Made by a program: the position numbers and the translations under genes
Assembly (NCBI GenBank): GCA_977017575.1
Contig: CDRNVI010000149.1
Coordinates: forward strand, 434,001 to 498,000
Reading direction: 5' to 3'
Source of the DNA: Paramoeba atlantica
Lineage: Eukaryota > Protista > Discosea
Length of the DNA stretch: 64,000 nt
In this document: in pieces, positions 40,701 through 52,090 of the stretch
Position numbering within the stretch: the first letter of the stretch is position 1
How the letters are laid out: the number at the start of each line of letters is the position of its first letter
The notes under the pieces: generated by a model
What the model was told of the DNA's origin: nothing
Databases searched by the model: none
Seen by the model: the letters and a program-made list of their open reading frames with translations, nothing else

Positions 40701-41953
40701 TCAAAAAAAAAAAAGATCAGTTTCAAGAAGAGGGTCTTTGAATTCAAAATCCAAAAGAATTTTGGGGATTGAAAGAAATACCTGCCTTAATCAGAGTTGT
40801 ACAACAATTTTTTTAAGCAATTTCAAGGGCCAGGATGATTCAACTCCAAAACAAAAGAACAAAAAAAGAAAAAAGTCTTTGTCATGGCGCTACCTGCACA
40901 ACTTTGGACATGTTTGCGCTCTAGAAAGAGAGAAAGAGTGGTGGTGAGAAAGGAAGAAAGGAAAGACAAAAGAAAAACAAAGAATTCAAAAATCCCAAAA
41001 GAGAGAAGAAGAATGAAAGAGAAAGAAAAGAAAAACAAAAACAAAGTGAAAAAAACAAAAAGACAAAAAAAAAAAAAGGAGGGAGGGGAGGAAAGGAAAA
41101 AAAAAAGAGATTTCAAAAGAAAAAGAAAAGAAAAAAAGAGAAAAAAAAAAGACTTTTTCCCCCTTGAAAAACAACAAACAACAAACCACAAACCAACCAG
41201 ACCACCAATCACTTCCCACTTCATCCAAATCAATACCCACTCTCCCCTCTTGCTCTCAAACCCCACCTTCAAAAGCTCTGCTTCCCACCCCTGATGTAAC
41301 AAAAGATTTTCGAGATTGCCACAGCCATGCCTCTCGATCCTGGGCACCCTCAAACCAGATAGCACAGAAAACTTTTGGTTCCCAAAACTTCACTCAGAAA
41401 AGAGTCGCAGCCAAGAAGGAGAGCAAGAGAAAGAAAAAGAAGGAAAAAAAGAAGAGGTCAGAGAAAGAGAAAAGGAAGGAAAAAGACAAAGAGAACCCCA
41501 AAAAAGCAAGAGAGCAGGAGCAGAAACAACGAAGAAAGAGAGAAAAGAAAGGAAGAGAATGAAAAGAAAAAGAAAATAGAGGAGGAAAAAAAACAGGAAG
41601 GAAAAAGAATGGAAAAAAAGAGGAAGAAAGAGAAAAATCAGAAAAAGAAAAGAATGAAAGAAACAGAAAAGAAAGAGAAAAAGAACTAAATTGAATGGAC
41701 AATCCTCAGGCCCAGAAGACAACTTCACATCCTCCAAAATTCCTTGGCAATTGCTCATACTGAAGATGCAGAGGCCAACACCAAAAAGTAATAGTCTCCT
41801 GATGCAAGAAGTGCCTCCTTACATTCTGCTCCTTTTCCCACCACCTTGGGTTGGCACCTGTAGTTTAGTCATAAATTCGACTATGTCCAACCTTGGGGGG
41901 GCAAGTTCAAATCCCAGTTTTTCAATATTATAGAAAATTTTTCTGGTGCTGTA

Positions 41954-43745
41954 GCCAAATAAAGAAAATTAGTTTCATCTCTGAAATTGGTTTCAGTTTT
42001 TTGTTTGTTTTTGTTGGTTTTTGTTTGATGGCTTCATCTTGTCCAAGCTCACCTGTGCTCACACACAAGAATCTGTCACCTTCTTTGACAGAAAAGAAGA
42101 GAAAATCTATGGCCCTTCCTGTTGAGGTGATTCCACCGCGAGATTCAAAACTTCCAGTTCACAAACACACCCTCCTTCGTGAGACCTTTGAACAAGAAAA
42201 GTTGGTTCTCTGTCAAACCTTGGCAGAGCAATGTTATTGTTTTTATGAAAAATTGATTCTTGATAGTCCAGCTGAGAAAGAGTGGGTGATAACTTTCGCA
42301 GATGTGGGTCGTTTTTTTCAAATTGACCGACAGCAAGCCAGAAAACTTTCCAAGACCTGGGGTAACCTGCTTTCTGGAGCGAAACCAAAGATGCAAGGAT
42401 GCCCTGCAGAGATTGAACCTTCTCAAATCGATAAAATCGTTGAGTATGTGCAAAAATGTGATGAAGACCAGGTTCCATTGACCCAAACCACCCTCAAAGA
42501 TTGGATTAATACCACTTTCTCAAAAGCAGTCTCTTTCACCTGGATTCATTCCTTTGTTCAGAGTGAAAAACGACTTTTTCTTGTTGATTCAGAGCCACTT
42601 GAGTCAGAGAGGTGCGGTTTGCCTGAGGAGAAGCTGAAACAGAATGCAAAAGAATTGCAAGAAAAGATTGATGCTGCTCACCCTCAATTGATCATGAATG
42701 TTGATGAAACTGGTCTTGATTGCAAAAAAGATATCGAAAAACTTAAGGTTGTTTCGACACATAATTGCCCCCATACATATCGTTCCTCTCGAGGTGAATC
42801 CCACATCACTTTGGTGCCCACAGTTGGTATTACTGGGTGGAGTCTCCCAATTCTTGCAATTATCAAAACAATATCCTTTGTTTCAGACTTAGAGGTGATG
42901 TATAATCTCCCAGTGAATGAGTGGTGTCATGTAATATCATCTTCATCAGCGTATATCAACAATGAGTTATTTTCTTATTGGATTGATAAAATTCTTGTCC
43001 CAGGAGTGGCTGCAAGACATCGATTTTTGGGGCTCAAAGATGATACCAAAGCTCTTCTTATCTTGGATGGTTGTCTTGCTCATAGTGTTGCAAACCTTCA
43101 GGCCTTATCAAAACACTCTATTGATTTCCATTTTCTTGTTCCTCATTCATCACACATCACCCAACCCCTTGATCGAGGAATTTTTTCTGTTTTCAAAAGA
43201 AGGTTCAAATCAACCCATTGTTATGACACCAACAACAAAGTTGGGCAATGTCTTATGAGAGGGTTAACTGCCTTGCAACAATCAACAACATCAGTGGCCA
43301 TTAGATCATCTTTTTATCGGGCTGGAATTCAACTCAATTATTCTAATGGAATACCAGAGATCTCTGTGAATGTCCGTACCTGGTTAATTCAACGAAACTC
43401 TCCAGATTCAGACACTAAAGAGGGACATTACATCGATACCTCCAAGAAACAAAAGCAACGGACCAAGACTGTGATGAAAGGGCTCACCAAATCTGAGTTG
43501 ACTGCAAAAGAGACAACTTCACAAAAACAAAAGATAAGTCCAATTTCTAATCCTGCTTTGGCACAACAAGTCAACCAGGAGATTCACAAATTTCTGGAGA
43601 ATTCAAATCTGGTTTTGGAGACTCAACAACCACTTGTTTGTTGAGTTCTGAATAAATCTTTGAGTTGTTCAAATTTTATTTTTTTTGAAAAATCATGAAA
43701 TCCCGAAACCAATTTCAGAGACGAAACTAATTTTATTTATTTGGC
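41954..43745 (+). mobile_element. pogo/Tigger-like (Tc1/mariner superfamily) DNA transposon, apparently complete
   Basis: 41-bp TIRs (41954-41994 and 43705-43745, 2 mismatches). TA duplication at 41952-41953 and 43746-43747, confirmed by the empty site ggtgctgTAgagtg in SINE copy 1. Confidence 0.95.
42028..43644 (+). CDS. pogo-family DDE transposase (DDE_1), intact ORF of ~538 aa
   Basis: NVDETG / LILDGCLAH / TQPLDRG triad with DD34D spacing and an N-terminal helical region of CENP-B/HTH type. The first ATG inside the TIR is at 42028. Confidence 0.92.
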   Translation: MASSCPSSPVLTHKNLSPSLTEKKRKSMALPVEVIPPRDSKLPVHKHTLLRETFEQEKLVLCQTLAEQCYCFYEKLILDSPAEKEWVITFADVGRFFQIDRQQARKLSKTWGNLLSGAKPKMQGCPAEIEPSQIDKIVEYVQKCDEDQVPLTQTTLKDWINTTFSKAVSFTWIHSFVQSEKRLFLVDSEPLESERCGLPEEKLKQNAKELQEKIDAAHPQLIMNVDETGLDCKKDIEKLKVVSTHNCPHTYRSSRGESHITLVPTVGITGWSLPILAIIKTISFVSDLEVMYNLPVNEWCHVISSSSAYINNELFSYWIDKILVPGVAARHRFLGLKDDTKALLILDGCLAHSVANLQALSKHSIDFHFLVPHSSHITQPLDRGIFSVFKRRFKSTHCYDTNNKVGQCLMRGLTALQQSTTSVAIRSSFYRAGIQLNYSNGIPEISVNVRTWLIQRNSPDSDTKEGHYIDTSKKQKQRTKTVMKGLTKSELTAKETTSQKQKISPISNPALAQQVNQEIHKFLENSNLVLETQQPLVC

Positions 43746-44991
43746 TAGAGTGATTTGATTGAAGTGAGGAGCTCTTGAAGAAGTGTGAAAATCGGAACAA
43801 GTTACATCTCAGCCCTGTCTGCTAAAAAGTTGAGGATAAATTCCCTTGGAAGGAGCTTTGGATTATTCTCCCTTTTGATGTGCATCCTCCAGCCTGAACT
43901 TGCAGAAGTTCTAAAGTTCAGCATAAAGACCGACTGAACTAAGCTGAAGTTTAAAACTTCACCTCTCGTTAGAGGTTAAAAACAAACATAATTTAATGTA
44001 ATTCAAATGGCTTAGATTAAGAACTACTAATTGAATAAAATCTGCCTCAAAAAAAAAAAAAAATCCTTTTCCCACCACAGGAAGTCACAAACTCTCTGTC
44101 ACCCTCTTCCTCCCCCCCCCCCCAACCTCTCCCATCCCTAACCTCCCCTCCCTGCTCTCCCTCCAATCCCCCCTCCCACCCTCCCTCCCCAATTCCCTCC
44201 CACCCTCCCTCCCCACTTCCCTCCCCCCCTCCCTCCCCACTCCCCTCCCCCACTCCCTATCCCACTCTTCATCTCAATCTTAATCCTGATCTCAATCCCT
44301 CCAGCACCCCTCCCCCTTCCTGTAACAACCCTGAATGCAATGGTAAAGCAGAAGTTGGGTCCCACATCTCCTGTAACCACTGCCAAATGCATTATTGTTC
44401 AACACAATGCCACAACAGCACAGAAAACCATCCCATCACCCCTTTTCCTCCTCCCCCATCTCACCCCTCACCTCACACACCTCTCCACCCTCCTTCCCAT
44501 CCACCTCATTTGCCCCCCCCCAAGCCCACCTCACCACCTCCCTTCCCACACCCCCTCTCACTCCCCTCTCGCTCCCCCTCCCCAACAACTTTCCCACCGC
44601 CCTTCTTCTCATGGCCCACCTTCTTTTCAACAAACTCCTCCCTCCCTCTCCCTTATCCTTGAACTCTTCGAAAATGGCTCCTTTGAAGATATAGTCTTAA
44701 CTGTCCCCCGCTTCAGAAACTTGGATCGCACAAGAACAAGCTCCCTCCAAACATGCAGAGCTTGTGACCTCCTTGGACTTGGAATCAACCACTTCTTTGG
44801 TGGCCAACAGAAAAACTAAGACCTTACTCCCATTCTCTCCTCAGATTTCAAAAATGCTCAACAAACAAAGCAAGATGAGATATCGTCCCCCTTCTCTTGA
44901 ATCGCAAGTAGCACGGGGAGAATAGCCTTTCTCCTACAGTTCTGGCAACACTGGAAACCTGCACCACAGCCTTCCGAAATCTCGCTCACAA

Positions 44992-47900
44992 ATGTCAAAG
45001 ACAACTTCTTTTTCATCTGTGGGGATGGATCTGTTGCTACCAACCCAAATGGATGGTGTGTTGGAAGCTCATCACTCTGTGTCGTTCATGAGAACAAGGA
45101 AATTGTCCACTCTCTCATCCATTCTCCCAAGCCCTGAAAACCATATTAACTGGAGAAACCGCAAGAACAACTCTTTGGCAGATAGGATCACAAGTTTAGC
45201 AGTACACAGAGGATGCCCTGACAACACCTGGAGAATCACACCCATCCTCGACCCAGACCCACAACACATCCAACAACTCTTCTTCAATCATGGGTGCTCT
45301 ACAACCCTTCCTCATGGAAGCAAAGAAGAGACTACAATGAACTTCATCCTCTCTCTTGAAGGAGACTCCTTCTCAAAACACATCCCCCTCCGCTACATGG
45401 ACTCAGTACCACTCTGCCTTCGTGATACAGTCATCAAAACTTTTTGTGCTGTACGACACCTCTTTCATAAGATACCCCAACTCCTGATCCTCCTCCCAAA
45501 ATGGATCTTTGGCTGCCTTAGAAGGGGTACTCGAGGAATGAAAGAAGTGAAATCTCGATGCACCATGGTGCGAAATTTTGAGTGGGAGAGACTCCACAAA
45601 AAACTTGAGGGTGAGCTCAGCAAACTCAAGCAAAAGAGGAGGCAGAAGTCCACCAAGAAAACCAAGGCAGACCAGATTATTGAAGAGGTCAGAAAAGGAC
45701 ATCTCTCCAAAGCTGCAAGGAAGCTTCAATCCAAGAGTGGATTCAGGGATCTCTCAGTCCCAGAAAATCGTGAAACTGCGAAGAACCTCTACCCAAGATC
45801 TGAGCAGGCGTGGACTCCACCAGATCGAGCCGAAATTCCTGACTGGAAACCAGCAATCCTTGAACAAGATGAGTTTCAGTCCTTTGACTCACTTGATCTG
45901 GCCCTTCAGAGACTTCCAAAAGGCCGCACACCAGGGCTCTCAGGAATGTCTTATGAGTTATGCACAGACCGAGAACTCCACTCAACCCTCAAAGAATTGA
46001 CTGTCTTAATCACCAATCAAAAACTCAATGAAACCATACACAACATCATGGCAACCTCTCTCTTCATTCCTCTGGCAAAAGGGGACAAAGGGATCCGTCC
46101 AATTGGTGTTGCTGAAGTTCTCAAGAGGTGGGCAGCGATTGCACTTGTTCTTGAAGTCCAACACGAGGGAATTCCTGAGAAATTGTCCCATCAGTATGGT
46201 GTATGCTTGCCAAGTGGTGCAGAAATGGTCCACAAAGCAATATCACAGCCTATCTCCACCTCCACCCACAACATTATGCCACGGAACTGGACATTGTTAA
46301 TGCCTTCAATTCCATCTCAAGAAAAACCATCTTTGAGAGCACAGTCCAGCTGGCCCCTGTATTACTTCCATACCTCTACACCTTCTATTCTTCGGCAACA
46401 CCCCTCACTCTCTCATGACCGGAACCACACCCTCACCATGGAGGAGGGTGTCCAGCAAGGAGATCCCCTCGGGACAATTTTCTTTTGTCTGGGATTTCAT
46501 GGAATCCTCAATCCAATCTTTCAGAAGGTTGATGCTCCACCGAATGCACTTCTTCTTCTCCTCTTTGTCGATGATATATTTGTTTGTGGGAGCCTGGTTG
46601 CCATTGCAGAAATCACCACTCAGATCCAGAGTGTCCTCCCAAATGCCAACCTCAAACTTGGCACAGAAAGGGGCAAAATGGTCTGTTTCTCTCCCGAAGC
46701 GCCCAGGAGCAATGACCTCAAAAATCTTGGCATTGGGAAGGCGGAAGTAATCACAGTTCTAGGGTCACCCATCGGGCTGAACACTCAAATTTCCAAGTGG
46801 CTTCACACCCTTGCTCGAGAATACCAACAAGCATCACAAGACCACTGTTTAATAATGTTCTCCAACCCCCATGAAAGTCTCGAGCTTTTTGTCAAAACCA
46901 TCACACCCAAACTAACATACATCTGTCGCACAACACCTCTCTCTTTAACCCCTTTCCAAGACTTCATCAAGCAAACCACTACAACAAACATCAATTACCT
47001 CCTCAACCCCCTCCAAGTCCCCCACCTGCATCCAAACAAAGAACTCCATCTCTCTCGAGTAGAAGCTGCAGGCCTTCCAAAGTCAAAAGGTGGTGGTGGC
47101 TTGAGCTACTCTCAGAACACCCACCAAGCAGCCTTCCTTGGCTCCTGGATCTCAGTCTACCAATCCTGCTCTGAGTTCAACCTGAACTTATCAACCTCTT
47201 TGAAGACTTCTGGAAGAGTGACTCACCCCAGTGCCAGGCTCTCCACCAAGCATATGACCATTTTGAAAGCTTCATCTCGAGCAAGTGGAAACTGCCAAGT
47301 GGTACCTCTGTCCATGAGCTCCTAACTCGATTGACAGAGCCACCATCTGACTCAATGGGCACTGGAGAAAACTACAAACCACAGAAGAAGTTCACCTCCT
47401 GTGAACTTCAGGATGTCAAAAAGAAGATCATGGACCCAACACAAGACAAAAACCTCTGCCGTGCAATCCGTGAGAATGAGGTTGGCCCCACCACCCACTT
47501 GTGGATGACAGCCTACCCAGACAAGGACACCTCTGGGCCAAAGCCATATCGAGCCTTAAATGCTGAAGATTTTCGCTCAGCCTACCGATGTAGGCTTGAC
47601 ATAGTTGACCCACACCTTGGGGCTCTCTGCGAACTTGGGACTGTCAAGTGTGGATTCTGTGAAAAAGAACTCTGTGCTGCATCCTCCCTCCACCTCTCAG
47701 ATTGCACCAGTCGTGGAAGAGGAACCACACAAGAAGACACCATGCTCTCTGTGATGAACTCAAGAACATTGCCAGCTGGGCGGGAAAAACAACAATCTGA
47801 GATGGAGCCTACCGGCCAATCGGGAAGTGTCACACAAGCAACCTGATCTTACAATCTGCGAGTGGCAAGGCGACCAGGATCTGTGTATTGATGTCTGAGT

Positions 47901-48365
47901 TGTGTCAACCCACAAAACCCCCCACTTTTGCTGTGTGATCCAAACACCCACCAAAACCCACTCTGACCCCCCATACTCAACACCCTCTCACCTGCTGCAC
48001 ACCATGCCAGGATCATGAAATGCAGAGAATATGTGGACAGATGTCTGACTGAAACAGACTTTAATGCAGGAAGGGGCAGAGACACCCCTGAGGAGAAACA
48101 GACCCTTAAACAAATAACTCTTTCCGTTTCTCCAAGGTGAAGTCATCTTCCTTCCAGCATCTTCATCCTCAGGTGGTGGAATATCCCCTGACATTAGCGC
48201 ACTCCTACGATCCCTCGCCTCAATTGCCCTCCAAAACGACCGGGTCCTGGATGCCAACCCCCTCCCCCTCTTCTTAAGAACAGCAAAGAAGAAGATTTCA
48301 GCTGCACTAATGAAAGCAATGGCAAACCACATGATGAGCATACAGGAAAATCTAAAACCCAGCAA
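44992..48365 (+). pseudogene. CRE-like reverse transcriptase, zinc knuckle and restriction-like endonuclease, frameshifted
   Basis: GIRPIGVAEVLKRW, QYGVCLPSGAE, LDIVNAFNSISR (out of frame, ~46245-46415), GVQQGDPLG, FVDD, GGGLS, CGFC...HLSDC, PDLTI...D..IDV, ISAALMKAMA. Confidence 0.9.
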
Positions 48366-48541
48366 CCCCCTTTTGACCCATCACTCTCTGTGCTTCTCAT
48401 CATCTCTCAATCCAAATGACATTTCCATTCCCCCCTCTTCTTTCCACATGTACTACCCCCTTTTTCTGCAGTTCCTCCTCTCACTGGGTGAGAACCATTC
48501 CCTTCTCTTACAACCATCTATTTCGAATAAAAATCTCTTTC

Positions 48542-48576
<35 letters not shown>

Positions 48577-48609
48577 AGAAAAAAAAAAGAAAAGAGAAGA
48601 AAAAAAAGA

Positions 48610-48729
48610 AGGTCTTCAGCACTCGGGATTCGAATGTGGTCACCCACCATTCTACTAACCGAGCCCACAGCTGCTTAACTTCCGAGTTCTGATGGGATCG
48701 GGTGCTTTCAACTGGGTATGACCGAAGAC
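48610..48729 (-). rRNA. 5S: 5S rRNA
   Basis: Reverse complement GTCTTCGGTCATACC...CCCGATCCCATCAGAACTCGGAAGTTAAGC...GGTTAGTA...GAAGACC, ~120 nt, with paired termini and a downstream T-tract. Confidence 0.97.
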
Positions 48730-49376
48730 ACTTTTCTCTTCTTTTTTTTCTTCTTTTAATATCAATCCAAATTAATAAAAAGAAAAGAGAAAGAGAAAAG
48801 AAAGATGAGAGAAAAGAAAGAAGAAAAGAGAAAAAAGAAAAGAGAAAAGAGAAAAGAGAAAAAACCTCAATGGAAAGAGAGAAAAAGTGGTGGAATTTCA
48901 AAAAAAGAAAGAAAAAAACAAAGAAAAAAAACAAAGAAAGAGAAGGAAAAAAAATTAACAACCCACAAAAAGAAAGATAAGAAAAGACAGAAGAAAAGAG
49001 AAAGAGGAAAAAGAAAGACTGAGGAAAACCAAAAAAAAAACAAACGAACAAAAAAACACAAAAACAAAAAAAGAAAAACGGACCTCTATTTTGGGTCCGA
49101 ATATGATGGACCTCTATTTCAGGTCCTATCAGCACTTTTTTTCTTTTTTTTTTTTCTGTGTGTGTTTTTGGTTGTTCTTTCAGTGATTTTTTTTGTTTTT
49201 TTTTGTTCAATTTTGATTGGTGTTCCTTCTCGCCACACCCCACCCCCCCCCCCTCTCATTCCCTCGTGAACGACAACAAACACAATCAACCACACCCTCA
49301 GGTTTTGTTTTTAATTCAAAACATTTCTTTTTCTGGATAACTTGAAACAGAAAAACAACAATCAATCAATCAAAAT

Positions 49377-50357
49377 ATGGTGATGAGAGTTCAGTTGATG
49401 TTGATTGTCGAAAGAGAAGAAGAGTGGTGGGAAGTCCAAAACACTGAGAATGGAAGAGTGTGTTCTGTTCAAGCTCAAGACTTTTGAAGTCTCCGAAGGA
49501 AGATCCAGGATGTGTACGGAACTTCAACTGTGGTTCGAGTGTTCTATCTTGATGATGAGTGTGATGTTGTCTTTGTGAAACGTGATCAAGACTTGGAAGA
49601 TGCTTTGTTTGTTCTCCCAAAAAAGAACGAGACAGCAAAAGCAGTGGAGAGTCAAGTCGAAGAAGAAACTGAAAAGGAGATCCAAAAGGTCGAAAATCGA
49701 GTGGGTGATGATGAAGAGAAGAAGGTTGAGAAAGTGGGGGATGAAGTTTCTGAGAACCCTCAGAAAAGACTCAAGGAACAACAGAAGAGAGAGAAGGAGA
49801 TTGAAATTCTCAGTAAACGCGACAAGAAACTGGCAGATCAGATTGATGTTCTTGAAGAAAAGATTGTGGCTCTCCAACGAAGAAAGGAACAGTTGACTGA
49901 AAACAAAACCCAAGTTCGAGAGAACCTTGTTGATTTGAAAAGTCAAAAGGACATTGTTGGAAACAAACAAGAGGAAGAGGAGATTGAAGAAATCCAATCC
50001 TCTGAGGAAGAAGAGGAAGAAGAGGAAGAAGAGGAAGAGGAAGATTGTGGGAAACCAAGATCATTTGGGCAATTGAGAAAGCTTCAAAACCAACGACGAA
50101 ACATCGAAAGAAGACTTTGTAATCTTGAAGCGAAAGAAAAGAAGTCAAAAAAGATGATGGAAACAGAAATTATTCTCAAGAAACGTTTGGAAGAAATCAC
50201 AGAGAGGTTGGCGACTGAACCAAAAGAAGAAGAAGAGAAAGACAAAATGTTTAGAAATAAGAGAAAAGGAACTCGACGTTCTTCTTCCCCAAAACATGGT
50301 TTGAAAAAGAAGTTTTTCAATTCTCCTCCTCCTCCAAAGGAGAGAAGACGAAAATAA
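49377..50357 (+). pseudogene. PB1-domain and coiled-coil protein gene with one in-frame TGA (49485-49487)
   Basis: DF*SLRRKIQDVYG..VVRVFYLDDECDVVFVKRDQDLEDAL matches PB1 with an acidic OPCA motif, followed by an E/K-rich coiled coil. The ATG at 49377 is in frame with ORF 49512-50357. Confidence 0.65.
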
Positions 50358-50587
50358 ATAACAAAATCTCTTCAATGGAACCAAACTTCTTTTTTTTGTG
50401 CTCTATTTTTATCAAGAAAAACGTTTATTTCTTTTCTTTTTTCTTTTTTCTTTTTTCTTCTTTCTTCTTTCTTTTTTTTCTTTATTCACTCCTCTTCTTT
50501 TCTTTGTTGGTTATCTCATTGTAATTTTTCTCCTTTCTTTTTTCGTCAAAAAGAATGTGTCAGATAGATGGTTGGGATAGAGATCTT

Positions 50588-50638
50588 GATACTCTCTGGG
50601 TGCTAATTTGTGAAAATCCGGACCCAGAGAATACATCA
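50588..50638. repeat. 54-bp palindromic dispersed element, copy 3
   Basis: gatactctctgggtgctaatttgtgaaaatccggacccagagaatacatc; the core is in reverse orientation relative to copy 2. Confidence 0.65.
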
Positions 50639-51692
50639 TCTTTCCCAAATAAAAAAACATCTCTTTTGTCTCTTCTTTTTTTTTGAAGATTCACTTATCT
50701 GTAAGACTGTCTTATTTTTTCAAAAAAGAAAAAGGAAAAGAAAGGGAAGGGGGGGAAAGAGAGAGAAGAGAGAAGAGAGAGAGAAGAGAAGAGAGAAGAG
50801 AAAGAGAAAGAGAAAATAGAAAAAAAAAAAGAAAAGAAAAAAATGAGAAACTGTGAAGAAGAAATTGAAAACAAAAGGAAAGAAATCAACAAAAAGAAAA
50901 GAAAAGAAGAGAAAAAGAAAAAAGGGGGGAAAGGGAAAAAAGAAAAGAGAGAACCCATCAAAAAAGGGAAGAAAGGGGAACGAGAAAAAGGGGAACAAGA
51001 AAAAGAGGAACAAAAAAAAGAGAAAAAGTGAGAAAGTGAAAAAGTGAAAAAAAAAAAAAGAGAAGAGATAAAAAAAAAAAAAGAGAAGAGATAAAAGTGA
51101 AAAAGAAAAGAAAAAAACAGAAAAGTCAAGAAATAAAAAGAAATAAAGAGAGAACCCCATCCGGTCCCATTCACAAAGGCAAAAAAGTTCGAGAAAGAGA
51201 AAGAAAAAAAGAAGGAAAAGAAAAAAAAGAGAGAGAAAAGAGAAGAGAGAGAAAAGAGAAGAGAGAAAAAGAGAAAGAGAGAAAAAGAAAGAGAGAAAAA
51301 GAGGAGAGAAAGAGAAAAGGCAAAACAAAACCAACAAGGCCAGAAAAATTATGAGCCCTAAAATCTTTTTTTTTTTGTGTGCTAAAATAAACCAGCACAA
51401 TTCAATTGTTTTTCTGAGTGTCGAAAAAATATTTTACAAGGAAATTTTTGTGAGAATTTTTTTTTCAATGCCCTGAAAAACCTTTGCAATTGCGTTCCTT
51501 TCCCTTTTCCCTTGGCAACCCGGTGAGAGAGAGGAAAGAGCGAAAGGAGAGAAGAAGAGGAAAGAGAAAAAAGAAAAGAAAAAAAAAGAGAAATTAAAAA
51601 AAAAGAATTAAATTAAAAAAAAAAAGAACTAAAAAAAAAGGGAAAGAGGAAGAAGGAGGGAAGAAGGAGGGAAGAAGAAAGAAGAGGAAAGA

Positions 51693-52090
51693 GGGAAGGT
51701 TGGGGGAGGGGAAGGTAGGAAAGGTTGGGAAGGTAGGGAAGGTAGGGAAGGTTGGGGGAGGGGAGAGGTAGGAAAGGTAGGAAAGGTTGGGAAGAGGAAG
51801 GAGGGAAAGTAGGAAAGGTTGGGAAGGTTGGGAAGGTAGGGAAGGTTGGGAAGGTAGGAAAGGTTGGGAAGGTAGGAAAGGTTGGGAAGGTAGGAAAGGT
51901 AGGGAAGGTTGGGAAGAGGAAGGAGGGAAAGTAGGGAAGGTAGGGAAGGTAGGGAAGGTTGGGGGAGGGGAGAGGTAGGAAAGGTAGGAAAGGTTGGGAA
52001 GAGGAAGGAGGGAAAGTAGGGAAGGTTGGGAAGGTTGGGAAGGTTGGGAAGAGGGAAGGTAGGGAAGAGGGAAGGTAGGGAAGGTTGGGG
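51693..52090 (+). repeat. G-rich 9-mer minisatellite (GGGAAGGTW/GGAAAGGTW) ending a long polypurine tract
   Basis: Tandem gggaaggta/gggaaggtt/ggaaaggta units, with an internal ~206-bp block duplication (~51751 and ~51957). Confidence 0.85.

Larger units (their letters stand above)
41848..44063 (+). mobile_element. Second SINE copy, split by the pogo insertion (41848-41953 and 43748-44063), with 15-bp TSD
   Basis: Colinear with 24278-24700. TSD tccttttcccaccac at 41830-41844 and 44064-44078. A15 tail. Confidence 0.9.
41153..48573 (+). mobile_element. CRE-clade-like non-LTR retrotransposon (RT plus RLE), interrupted by a SINE and a pogo element, ending in poly(A) next to 5S rDNA
   Basis: A29 tail at 48545-48573 after an aataaa signal. 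The ORF pieces are listed separately. The 5' end is uncertain; it rests on a candidate low-complexity TSD gagaaaaaaaaaaga at 41138-41152 and 48576-48590. Confidence 0.8.

Noticed and set aside
17841-49487. TGA reassignment or read-through as a variant genetic code
   Set aside because: In-frame TGAs occur in decayed elements at plausible CGA sites alongside frameshifts. The intact pogo ORF ends in TGA.
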